A stretch of 64,000 nucleotides of DNA from Balanoglossus misakiensis (Eukaryota > Animalia > Hemichordata), in the NCBI GenBank assembly GCA_040954595.2, contig CM082581.2, forward strand, positions 4,890,699 to 4,954,698. Direction: 5' to 3'. The position numbers were made by a program, and so were the translations under genes. Of this stretch, positions 40,453 to 53,300 are shown in pieces (the stretch's first letter is position 1; each line of letters starts with the position of its first letter). The notes beneath the pieces were generated by a model that saw only the letters and a list, made by a program, of their open reading frames with translations, searched no databases and was not told the DNA's origin.

Positions 40453-42882
40453 TACCAACTTGACAGATGAATGGTCTTGTTGAAGCACACGAGACATCAC
40501 CCCAATTGTGGCCTGAGCCAGCCCTGCATATATACATAATAATAAAGAGACAATTTTAAACAAGGATATCATGCATCAAATTAGACACGGAGAAATTAAG
40601 GAAAACATAATGTCATATGCTTTTTATCAACATATCAACAGAGATTAGTCTTAAACAACTTATTAACAGTACACTATAAGCCCACATACCCGATAGTACA
40701 AGCTTGTAAGATTTATAGTCGCCTCCTTACATGCCTTAGGCCTACTTTTATTTCTAGACCATTGCCCGTGTATGAATCAAAAGTAAATGGTTTTGAAAGG
40801 TTAACTCACACCAGTTGTAAGCATTCGCCGTTTCCGTTTGGCTCTCCAGCTGCCCAAGGTTGGTAAGTGCCAAATGGTATGTAGTCAGTAGTCAACCAAG
40901 TGCCGGGGGAGTCTTCTTTGCCGTTTAACCAAAAATCCATTTGTCCCATTCCACTATTCTGGACCATTTCCACTATTTTCGCATGTTTTTCTGCACTTGT
41001 GTCTTTCACAAGAACCATGTCAATTGCTTCACATGCAGCCTGGGCGTCGTCGAAGGTCTTGGCTTCGTAGAAGATCCTCAGTGAGTTATCTTTGATAATA
41101 AAACGTTTTAATCCCTTTGATATTCCAACCGCCAAAATCTTTGGTTAGACAACATGCAGACCCTATAATATCCTATGGATTTTTATGGTCTGCGTGATCA
41201 TTTGATGTGAAATTCGGAAAATGTATTACATTGGGATTTAGGCTAGCATTCAGCTGAATTCAGACTTATTCACAACCAGTCGATAAACATATGGACAGAC
41301 AGAACAAACCACAACGATCGACATCTGTTCTAATACACTACAGCTAGAATACTGCTGAAATATGGATAACCGTCAACGCCCGCTTTTGTAGACACAGTTG
41401 CTGTGTTCAGCCATCGCATCAGAGGAACTAACTATTCCATTTTCTTCTGCACATATTCGCTTGAGCAAGGAAACCACGTCGAAATTGAAAAAAAAGGTTC
41501 TTTAACCCGTTCAACTGTCCCGGAGTATAAACAAGGGTGAAGAATGGAATAAGAACGTGTAAACTCACCAAAGCTTGCTGGAACCTGTAGAAATTTGTTC
41601 GGTGTTAGTGGCCGTTGGCTGGCAGGCACGTTTACAGATAGGTCGATTTTGTCTGACAGAGCTGAGTTCATTAATATCTTGAACACGCCGTCTTGCGTGA
41701 GAGTGGGATCATGCTCAAGAAGCAGGGCTACGACACCTTCGGAAAACAAGAGGAACATTATTGAAGTGAGGAACATACATGCTGATAGCCCAGGGATTCA
41801 AAGGTGGCCAATAAGCCACTTTAAGGATCCCAGATTGACTTTAACATCCCGGTGTTCTGTCAGTAAGTACTAGTCACCAGTCACCATACATCATTCAACG
41901 TTACATACAACATTCACCCATTTGTAAACACCCAACATTCATTTTTTTCTGTTCGAGGATCAGTTAGAGTGCTTAGCATTACTGGTACGGTCGACTATAC
42001 ACCCGAGTTTAAACGCAAACCCCCAACAAATGCCAGGATGTAAATATTACACAGGGATCATAAAAGTGGCCAATCGTGTCGTATGCATTGGTTCATATAG
42101 GACGCCCTCTGGTGGTGAAGATGCAGATGCCCTATGCATGTAGCTGAGGTCACTGATGTTTGCATACAGTACGATCTAATCACCGTCCGAGGGCGTAATA
42201 TATGAGCCACGACATACAAATCGCAGCCAATTGGCCGCTTCTGAATCATATATGCTTACATATAGGTACGATTACTTCAGTGGGGATGTACTATAAACAG
42301 TGAGGTGCTGACTGTTCGTGTGATCGTGATACTTGGTGATCAACTGAGCATATTTATCACTGTTCTCACGACACATTACAGTTGTCACATATCCACCACA
42401 CAGTTTCTATATTTGTTTCTGCGGCACATGGTGAGGTTGACGCGATAAATTCAAAACCTATTTTTTTTATTTTTCCTAATACACCTTTGAGTTTTGTTTT
42501 GGTTTTAATATTTCGCGTAACCCCCCCCCCCCCTCCTCGGAAAATACCAAGACAACTATACCAGATACATGAGGCGCGGCAAACGAAGTTCCACTGTCAG
42601 TTTTGTACGAGTTGTCCCCCTCATGTGAAGCACTATAAATGTCGGTGCCGGGTGCCAGAATGTTGACGCAGTTGCCGAAGTTTGAAAATGCTGAGAAGCC
42701 ATCGCTTGAGTCAGTAGCTCCCACTGTAATCGCCTGTAACATGCAGAAGAAACAAATGGACGCAATGAAGCTCCGGTATTTCAATGTGGACACATGAACA
42801 ACAGGTAAAGCAAACTAAAATGTGTGCAGTAAAGGCGGAATACATCAACTCCACGCCGCTAAGCAGTTTGTATGGGCATCAC

Positions 42883-42958
<76 letters not shown>

Positions 42959-44344
42959 TCTACACAGCTCGTGCCTGCAGTTGCCAAAATCACGGGGTAA
43001 AAGAAATTGCTTGTCATTTGAGTGTGACAGTGGTCCTTACGAAGAGTTCACGATTCATTTATTGATAATGCCATGACAACTATATCCTCGTGCAAGCATG
43101 AAACACGTACGGCTATAGCATGAGAAGGGGAATGTTTCATTCACAGTTTGAATGTTCTACCTCGGTGGCTGACGCAGGTGACAAGTTACACGCATCAAAG
43201 TTGTAATTTCCAGCGGATACAACCACGATATATCCAACATCGATCAGTCGTCTAACTGCCAAATTCATGGCGTTAGAGGCCCCGCCAGAAAGTGACATGG
43301 AAACCACCGCTGGTTTCAAATCGAACATAGCGATGTCATCCATAGCTGTGTGTAAATATATGAGATGCATTGTGAAGTGTCTTGAGCATCCATAAAGGAG
43401 ACATTTGAGACATATTTTGTATGGATTAGACATGTATTACTTTCCACGTATACTACACGAAAAAATGCACACTCTGACCAGAAATAATTAGAGGCTGCTT
43501 TGTACAGCGTTTTACTCATTATACACATGGGCGTAGGAGGAGGAGGGGTGCTGAAGTTGGGGTGGGTGGAGCAAAGACATACTTTTGCCTCCCCCCCCCC
43601 CCCCCAACTTTAGGGACTGAAAATTGCCTTTGAATCCACAAAAATGCAGTTTAGAGCTCTATATATTACCCCTTTATTCTTCCACACCTTTCATGTATTG
43701 GCTGGTGTACCAGGGCAGAGTGTACTTGCCCCCCCCCCCCCCACCGATGCTAACTTTGAGCGGCGAAGGTTAAATTTGTCCTCCCCCAGTTGAGTTAATT
43801 TGCCTTTGAGCTCATTAAAATGCAGCTTTGAGCTGTGTATTTTATAAAATGTTCTAACGTGGGAGGGAGACACCCCCTCCCAAACCCACCCCTTCACATC
43901 TATCACTTCTATTCCTTTACCAATTCTACCAACTATTGTAATGACTTGTAATTTTTAATTTATTCACACATTCATATATGCATATTTCCATTGTAAGTCA
44001 TTCACCACCAGAATGTTGGTAACATTTGCCCCCCCCCCCCCCCACCATGAATTGCTTCCGACGCCCCTGATAAAGTTATTGTGATAATTCCGGCTCACCT
44101 CCAATAATATCACTGTTAGATCCTGTACCATTGCAATCAAACACGCGACACGAGAATAAATGAACATCGGGTGCTACGCCAACAGTGTTTCCACCAATGG
44201 TACCAGCAACGTGACTTCCATGTCCATCGCAGTCGCTTCCCTGTAATGTGTGAGTCATGACATCGCTATCAAATAATTGATAGACGTTGGATACATGTGT
44301 ACTGGTAAACTACTTTTTGAAGCTGTAGATCGACGTGCATGCAT

Positions 44345-44434
<90 letters not shown>

Positions 44435-45004
44435 CTACATGGTTTATAAGCTTTGTGAAATAAAACTTACATCATAACCATCTGAGTGGGCGTCGTAGAA
44501 TCTATATGCTCTCCCATCATACTCGCTGTGAGTAAAACGTATTCCAGTGTCGACTACAAAAACATTCACACCGGTACCTTGACCTGAAAATGAGAGAAAG
44601 TTCCATGTGGCTATCACTGGTGAAACACCTTTTTCAGGTTATGAAAGATAAAAGCGGAAGTCTAGGGAGTGTTAACGTCAGGAGGTGCTCACAAGAATTA
44701 TTATTTACGTAAATTGTGGTAAGTTACTTAGTGGGGAAGATGAATGGATATAGCCAAATACATGTAAAAACCTTTCTCTGAACCGATCCGAGTGTCAGTG
44801 AAATGAAAAAAAAAGAAAATCAGATGTCACATTAACTGTCCTACCAAAAGGTGCCGAGCTGTAAGCATTGTCCAGTGGCAGGTTGACTTGATCAATCCTA
44901 TCCAAACCCCATGTTGTTGCTAAATGGACTTGTTCATCTTCCTCAACGAAGTCTACCTCATCCAGCCAACGAAGCTACCATACATAAATAGTGATAAAAC
45001 AGTG

Positions 45005-45083
<79 letters not shown>

Positions 45084-45162
45084 TACATACATACATACAT
45101 ACATACATACATACATACATACATACATACATACATACATACATACATACATACATACATAC

Positions 45163-45193
<31 letters not shown>

Positions 45194-45256
45194 CATACAT
45201 ACATACATACATACATACATACATACATACATACATACATACATACATACACACAT

Positions 45257-45294
<38 letters not shown>

Positions 45295-46237
45295 TATTAA
45301 CACAGAGTTTTGGAATCATGGAATAAAAAGCACATACTATATCTACTGCGTCTCCAGGAATTCTTGCAACAAAACCCTTCATTAAACTTGTGACGTTTTT
45401 TTGAAAATCAATGTGTACTCCGTGCTCTTCGGAGAGTTGTTGAAATTTTTCTTCGAATTCTGCCAATTGGTCATCAGTAAGATCGTCCTTAATAAAAAAC
45501 AAACAGAAAATGCTAAATGTTACCAAGATACACTCGCCAATGCATTCTTCTACAAATACAAAATACCATGATCTATACTCCCGTTCAGCATCGACTCATC
45601 GTTTGTCTTTGTCATCAAATATGTCGTACCCGAAAACACATTTTGATGCCGGTCTGTAACGAAGATCACATACAAGCAAACAAAATGGCGATCGTGTGAT
45701 CATACGTCCCAACGCAAGTGGTGAGTTTTGAAGACCGAGAATAGTGGGGTTATGTATGAAATAATTTGAAATTCAAAAGGCAGTGTGACAATAATAAGCG
45801 TTTCTGGACTTGAATGTGATTATGAAAGTGGCCGGTGCCTCAGTTTCAGCACAACGCTTCTGTCGAAGACATGCAGCACGACAACTGTGCAACAACTACA
45901 CATGTTAAACTAGTTGTATAACCCATATGAAGAAATCCCTCCTCGCAAATACACAAATACACACGCGCGGCATCAAAACATGTACATGTATGGTCAAAAT
46001 GCCATAAATAAATAGTCAAAAATCATTTACCTTGAGCTTGACAATGTATTCATCGTCTATTTTCTCATCCGGGGCGCGAAACAACGGTGCTTGAGTCTCG
46101 CGTTTCACGAACCTTGGACGTAGCGCGCGGACTCCTCGCTCTTCGGCGATCTTTCTCGTCGTCTGGGAATCTGCGTTCTGTATCGCAAGTAATGCAAGTA
46201 TGCAGAACCAGATCGCCACCGAATGCGACAAGATCAT
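37779..46237 (-). CDS. Secreted proteinase K/aqualysin-like S8 subtilase (I9 prodomain) fused to three C-type lectin domains, ~775 aa
   Basis: 15 coding exons (46031-46237, 45338-45487, 44845-44974, 44471-44583, 44099-44240, 43161-43345, 42562-42733, 41569-41736, 40810-41089, 40456-40523, 39436-39721, 39201-39268, 38669-38951, 38379-38446, 37779-37786) total 2328 nt with matching phases. Motifs: YIVKLK, WGLDRIDQ, VVDTGI, HGSHVAG, SAGN, GTSFAAPHV, TPNKFL; CTLD motifs EPN..WGD, EPN..WDD and EPI. AATAAA at ~37534-37539; a 5'UTR exon donor near 46570. Confidence 0.88.
37896..38177. mobile_element. ~280-bp foldback (long inverted repeat) element in the last intron of the protease-lectin gene
   Basis: TATAGGGATAAACTGTGTTAACGCCATCTTG... 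at 37896 is the near-perfect reverse complement of ...CAAGATGGCGTTAACACAGTTTATCCCTATA ending at 38177. Arms ~130 bp, with a short GTA-rich spacer. Confidence 0.9.
39947..40453. repeat. Compound (TACA)n/(CA)n/(TACG)n/(GACA)n microsatellite
   Basis: About 500 bp of simple repeat, directly beside the donor of exon 40456-40523. Confidence 0.98.
42882..42958. repeat. (TCA)n microsatellite
   Basis: Perfect trinucleotide tract, intronic. Confidence 0.97.
44346..44431. repeat. (CA)n microsatellite
   Basis: Dinucleotide tract, intronic. Confidence 0.97.
45006..45294. repeat. (CA)n/(TACA)n microsatellite
   Basis: Simple repeat, intronic. Confidence 0.97.
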
Positions 46238-48134
46238 GGTTGACTGAAATGCCGTCCTGTAAGATAATTGGAAAACGAAATTTCGGTTTCGATAAGAAAA
46301 TGAATAGAAAATGACAGCCGCAAACACATGCAACTAAGATTACCAACAAACAGAATTCCATCAAATTGTATTCGCAAAGAAAATAGATTCCAGAAATATA
46401 ACCTAAACATAACATTTGTTAACACAAAACGGTATTCTTGAATATACAAACAGTGTACAAACATATATGTACATACACAAATTAACAATAAACGAAATAG
46501 TGCATAAGACGAGGGACATGTCATAAGAAACTGGAGTTACTCAGTGAACTGAGTAGCTCATAGAACTTACCTTTTTGTCGTTATGCAGTTAACACGCAGA
46601 TGTGCCAGTTGAGCCACTTAAGATCGTTGTGCAAACCTATCGAGAATCTCCGCTTACAATGTTGGTTTATATGATTGCTACTTTCCTCACTTTGCATATA
46701 CCAAAATAATTATTCCTATTCTTAGTCCTACTTTGCACCAAAATATTTCAATTAACATACTGAGGTGCGAACCTCCAACCCCCATTATTGCTTTCAAGAG
46801 CTAAAGATATAATATGCTGACCAGAAAAATTACCTCCAGCTCCGGTTGTTAAACACGTCACATTCGGCCGGATGAATCCGGATAGTGGGCAATAAAATTA
46901 GGGAGATTTCATATGTAACGAAGGCGTGGGTCGGAGGACCAGTGGTTGGTGTTGGTCTCATTTTATAAAATATGCCCAGGGAAAGAGGGGCTTATTTGAG
47001 AATTAAACGTTTGACAAGATGTGAAATTCCATCCTGCAATGGTAAACGCGATTGGCATCTCTTTCCAGTATATATAGTTATTATAAAGCCTGGGTCAAAT
47101 TTTAGCCACGCGCCGACCAACACAAAACACCCCCGGCCCTCCCCTCCCATGTCAACTGAGAACTTAACGAGATGATATTCCAATATAGGAAATGTGTGGA
47201 TTGTTATAATTTGCCAAAATGCGATATCGTCATTTCACTTCTTCCTCTTTGTCTATGTTACAGAGTGATAAGGAAAGAAAGAAAACGGTTCTTGTGGATA
47301 TCACTATATATGGGGAAACATTTCGTTACACTCATTGAGTTGACTTGGACAGTGTAAATTTGAAATACGATATAGGGCTCATTTCAATTTTGTGGAGACA
47401 TGCGCAGTGGCATGCCTGCGCCAATTTAGAAGACGTCACAGCTACATGTAGGTTCTAGTATGTAAGCAAGAAATGTATCACTAAACTGCCATTATACCTG
47501 AAAACATATGGAAAAGTGTAAAGATGGACACATTATCAAGACTTGCACAGACAATGAAAGGGTTATTCAATAGATGGAAATGTTTCGTTGGGAGGATAAT
47601 TTTATCTATTTGACGACCTTGATCATCAGGAAATTAGACTTTGGATACGCTCAACCAAACATCTTTTTTCAATATGGCCAATTTTGCTATTTCTCCCCAT
47701 GGATGTCGCGTGATACAGGATATGAATAATCTGTCGCGTGGCGTCAGACTGAAAATAGCAGTTATTACCTCTATTTCTTATGGTGCAATGTACTTATTAT
47801 GCAGGCCATGCAGTCATTAAACTCTGCAACACGTCGGTCCACAAATAGTTTTCACAACCACAATTGTACAGGGTACAAATATACTTTTTTCTTAATCGCC
47901 GTGTGATACGTAAACACAAAGGTAAAACGAAAAATGTGTATCATCAACAAATTATCTAATTTCAATAAATTTAAATTGTATTGGTATAGTTTGGTCGGAC
48001 CACATGAATGTCAATGGCAGTCTTTAATGAGCACTAAAGGGCTAGGGGTACTAATACAAGACATGTGTGTTGCCATAAACATCAGAAGATACACATTTGT
48101 ATAATGTAATACTACAATAAAAGTAAATAGAGTT

Positions 48135-48206
48135 TGGAGATGCCGGGTTTCGAACCCGGGGCCTCGCGCATGCAAAGCGCGCGCTCTACCACTGAGCTAC
48201 ATCCCC
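48135..48206 (-). tRNA. tRNA-Ala (anticodon UGC)
   Basis: GGGGATGTAGCTCAGTGGTAGAGCGCGCGCTTTGCATGCGCGAGGCCCCGGGTTCGAAACCCGGCATCTCCA. Full cloverleaf, G3:U70 alanine identity pair, A and B boxes, and a T4 run about 12 nt downstream. Confidence 0.96.
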
Positions 48207-49288
48207 AACTTCACGATCCAATTTTGATCAACAGATTTTTCATTAAAAACAAGCGGAGGAAGCGTCGAAGTCGAACTTATTTTACTCGTAAATTATATAG
48301 ATTACAAGTTCTAAAAGGATGAACGTTGGCGTGGCAACCAAAAACATTTAGCGTCGCATTAGTTGAGTTCAGCAAACCACGGCTCTTTTGGTGGCCAGTG
48401 AAATGTCTCTTAATGCACAAAGTGAGATCAAAGCACAGCAAGGCACAATACATCACACTATGCAAAACCATAGACATTAGAGGGCGCCATGCGAATTTAT
48501 CATGAAAACAGTAAAAAGCTATAATGATTGTCCTTAGCCAGCGGCCAAAGAGTGACCTGACGGGTGCGGCAAACTAACGTGATTGTAAACACTTTTACGC
48601 TTACTGAAATAAAGTGTCGCTTTCGGCGGGAACTTTTCCGTATGCAATCGTTGTACAGTAACAATACGCTGTAGTATACAGAACAGGTGCAGATCTTTTA
48701 ACCAAACTGTACTTTTGCACCCTTAAGCACAATGGGCGATGAGTTCTATGTCCTGTGATGAAGTTTTAAAGATTATCAAACGATTTCAATGACTAAAATA
48801 ATGGCAAATGTTAGCAATTTTGTCCCTTTAAAGTTTAGTTGCATTTGTTCCACCCGGTGCCAATAACATCAACGGGTTTTGCTGTGGACAAATCAAATCA
48901 TTTAGAAGAGCACGAAGGCAGGTGTCATCATCAATATTACTCCAGACCTCAAGGATGTCATTTGGGGCACCACTTAACGTCGGCTGTTCGCCAACCTCAA
49001 ATCTACCCATACTCGACGATGACTTCAAAACGAAATGGGGGCATAATCGGTTGCAAATCATGTTTTTGATTTGTGTATAACTGTACTCATTTTGACCGAA
49101 GACACTTCCACAAGCTTTCGAATAAGCGAGAGATCCGATTTAGAAACAGGAGAAAAGGCACTTAACATCACTAACATGAGATATATAGCCTATGGGATGG
49201 GAGGGGACGTTTACTTTACTGATAAAAGGCTTACTTAGTAAATAATACGAGCACGCACAAGTAGTCTTAATTGCATACATGTTGAAAG

Positions 49289-50346
49289 ATGAAGTGCGTC
49301 GTGTTGGTGAATGGACACTCAAGTCACTTATTCACACTGGGTTTGGCGACTCTTCTCTTCCTGGCTGTCTCAGACGGTAGGTAGACAGTGGCAGTAATAT
49401 TAGTCGTCGTTCAGCTGTTTTCGCCTTGTGTGGTGAACAAAAGTGAAATTGGTGCTGAAATCATTTCAGCTTCTTAATATTACCTTTGATACCTTATAAC
49501 ACACACACAGTACTTTCTTCAAGTTAAAGGGGAAATGCGCCTTTTCAGGAATGATTTTTATTTATGACCATTTCATTCAATAGGCAATTTTCCGAACTCA
49601 ACGAGACCCTTACAGATCTCGCCTGGCTATGCAGTTTATATAAGAGGACGTTCTCGTGTGACAAACATAACATTTTGTTCAACTCTGCAACTATTTGAAT
49701 ACCATTCTTTGTGACCTTGACTTCAAAGCTCAAACTCTGAGAGAGAGTCAGTATCCAGCGTACAAAGTATCCGACTATGCTACCACGTGGATGGAAGCGA
49801 GAGATCACTGCGAACGTGACAACGGTACTCTCGCCAGATTTTATGATGCAGAAACTCTGATGATGGCGATGACGATGATAACTGCTGAGAATATCTTAGG
49901 TAATTACATCTAAAATTAGAATCAAATTATCAGGAGATCATGTACATGACACCGTAAATTGAGACCGTAACGGCGTGGCCACTATAAACAAGGTTCCATT
50001 GTATTTAGAGGTGGCCACAAACAATGCAAAAATGGCAGCAACTGAGCCATTCTCATGTTTCACAGATTTACTGATATTCGTGCTTCATCGCCACCAATAC
50101 CAATTATCATATTTGCGTATGACCGGTTTTCTCCAACATTTCAGGCAACACTTGGATTGATGCTAATGATATAGCTGACGAAAGGGTGTTTAGATACTCA
50201 GACGGCAGCCGTGTGTGCATAACTGCGTGGGAAATGTGGGAACCAGACAACTTCAACGGAGAAGAAAGCTGTACCATTGTTTGGTAGATCACTAAGACCC
50301 TCAATCACCATGTGTTGCATATTTTGCATTTGTCTGTCCGTCGCAC

Positions 50347-50379
<33 letters not shown>

Positions 50380-53300
50380 GCATACATACATACATACATA
50401 CATACATACATACATACATACATACATACATACATACATACATACATACATACATACATACATACATACATACATACATACATACATACATACATACATA
50501 CATACATACATACATACATACATACATACATACATACTGACAATTTTAATAACTTTACAAACAAACAAAAACATTTTTTTTTATTGTCTTGTGTTGAAGT
50601 TCTAATAGCTGTAACTTTTGGCTATGTTTTCAGTATTTTTGTTTTGTGTATATATATATACTGCAGTTTCCTATTCAAATTCCTGAATCAACCAATATAT
50701 ACATACATAGACGGCACTGTTATTATGGACTTAACATAGAAATGTTGATTTTAATATCGATTCGTGCTGACTGGCCGAGTTAAGATGTTGGATTTAATAT
50801 GCAGGGCTTCAGGTCGGCTTCATTGGTTTGACTGGAATTGCGAAGGCAACAACTACTTTTTCTGTCAATATGGCACATGGAACGGTACACATGGTACGTC
50901 TCAGAGTTATTTTTTAGAGAAAGTCGCTTACTTTCGATGTTTTTGTGTTGGTTTTGACAGTTTATTGTTTATGTCCAAAACACTGAATAATGCTTAAAAC
51001 CCTATAGCTGCCAAATTTCATATATTTTTTTCCACAGTAGAATACTTCAAATATATTCCATATCCTCTAAAATCCTCACCATTAAGCCATATTACTTGCA
51101 TTTGCATCAGTTTGTCAACTCTTGGCGACGCACACCGCGAAAGCTGCGTACTGTTTGTATGGAGGCTGATTAAATTGGTGCGACACCGATGTTTTGGGCA
51201 TATATGTTCACATGGCATGAATCGAGTTGTGACAACCGGTCATTGAGTATATTTCTGTGAGGTGGGCTATATTTATGGAAACTGAAATAATATCCAAGTG
51301 AGCGGAGTTGTCCCTTAATTGTACGGAAACCGTATAAAACTCTACTTTAAGAAAAGCTGTCATAATTGCTAAGTTTTTGCCAAACCAGATATGATGGACG
51401 ATCTCAACGGAGTCTACAAACTGTCGAAATACGTTTCCACCTCACAATATGCCTACGAATATTGCTTGAAGGATGGTGGCGCTCTACTGAGAGTAGAGGA
51501 TGAACAAACTATACCAGACATAGCAAGTTTAGTCGAGGCTCATGACCAGTCCTTGAACTTGCTTCTTAATGGTCGTAAGTATGAATAATGTCTCCCTTGC
51601 TTGGTTTGATAGCTTGGACGCTTGTACTTCATGGTTACACCCCATCTGATTTCGACTTCACTATTACAGAGGCATAAAATGTAACGTTTAGTTTGAATTC
51701 CAGTATTTTGCTCTGCCTCTGTGCAAAATTTCTTGCTCAATTCCAAACATCGTGCCAATATATACCCACGCTTACACTCTAGGTTTTGAACCCCCCCCCC
51801 CACACACACACACACAAATCCCAATATCCCAATGTCATTGGAAACAACACATAAACTTGTCAAATATCAGCCTATACCCAAGACTGTAGTTTAGCTCCAC
51901 TGAAAATACGATTGATTGGGTACAGGAGGTTTTTTTACGTCATACTCCAACAGCTTTCGCAAACATCTGGATCGACGCCGTGGATATGCATTACGGAACA
52001 AACTGGACGCATTACGACGGAACGCCGGCGTCGTCTCTCCCGTGGTCGGACCCGCCACCTGACATTCCCTGGGACGTACCACAGTGCGTCATGGCGTCAA
52101 TGTGAGTTGAAAATATAAAACAAACGCCGCGATTCCTCTCTAGGGCCACCCGGCTCAGATGGTGCAAATACATGTACTAGATACAACCCTTAGTCTTGGT
52201 TACGAGGCTACCTGAACTGAAAATTGGCCTGATTCCATTGCACAAGAAAATCCGCGAGGTAAATGTCGTCCACTAACTGGATTATTTTATCAATAGCGTT
52301 ACCGACCCTAATTATTTGTATTGAAATTATATTGCGTTAACGAGACGAAAACATCATGCCTTGACGTTTCCTCATACTTTTCACTCAATTGTACCCTCTT
52401 TGTTAGTGAACATTTCGAATTTTGTATTTTATACAGCCGCACGACACATTCCAACTCTTACGGTGCCGCGTATTGCGGAGATTATTTCAGATTTGTTTGT
52501 AAGTATGGTGAGTATAGCCCATATTTACCTTAAAAAATACCTGCTATGTATACACTTATTTTTGCATGGCTAACATATTTCGATACCCCCCTTTTCAGAA
52601 ACCTACCACTTTATTCTTAATGACAGGTGTGCCGTACATCCCTAAAATGCCAAGTGTTAGCGCCGGCTTGTTTGAAAATGAGTACCTCGTCGATGACGCG
52701 GAGTGCACTGGAGAAGGAATGACCCCGGAAGCTTCCACGGTGTCTGTATCACCGAGTGTCACTCAGACCAGCGGAGATTTTTCTACTACCGGGGTTACGG
52801 TGCACTCACCAATCAGTGAAACGCCAACTGCAACCGATTCAGCCATGTCGACGGAGAACAATGACGGAACATCCGGAACACCAGCACGGCAGACTACGAA
52901 CGCGGACACAACAACACCAGCCGTCAAAACCACCACGTCTGCAGGCTCAGCACGTCCGTCGACGCACTACCAGTCATCATTGATGAATTCGTTGGCCGGT
53001 GGCGACCTGTTTGCAAACGCCTCGACTCTGCTCAACGACTCAGTCGGATCAACCGATGAGTATAGACGACGAATCACAATCCACTTCAGTGGCTGTCTGA
53101 ACTGCAAATGTGAATGTTGTAAGTCACTTATTTATTTGTCTGACGTTCTGCACAAATAGACCGTTTTCCGAACTCAACGAGATCCTGCGTGGTCTCGCGA
53201 GGCTAGACAGTTTATCTAAAACGGCACAAAAGTTCCAACTTTTGTTGAACTCTGCACCTATTCTAGTTTCATTTACTTTATATTACTTGGCTAGCTACCC

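Noticed and set aside
43526-44070. hAT-like MITE (CATGGGCGTAGGAG ... CTTCCGACGCCCCTG)
   Set aside because: The termini are suggestive but imperfect and I found no TSD, so it is not called as a feature.
41569-46237. Recent bacterial horizontal transfer or contamination as the source of the aqualysin-like protease
   Set aside because: The gene has many canonical spliceosomal introns containing host-type microsatellites. An ancient transfer cannot be judged without a phylogeny.
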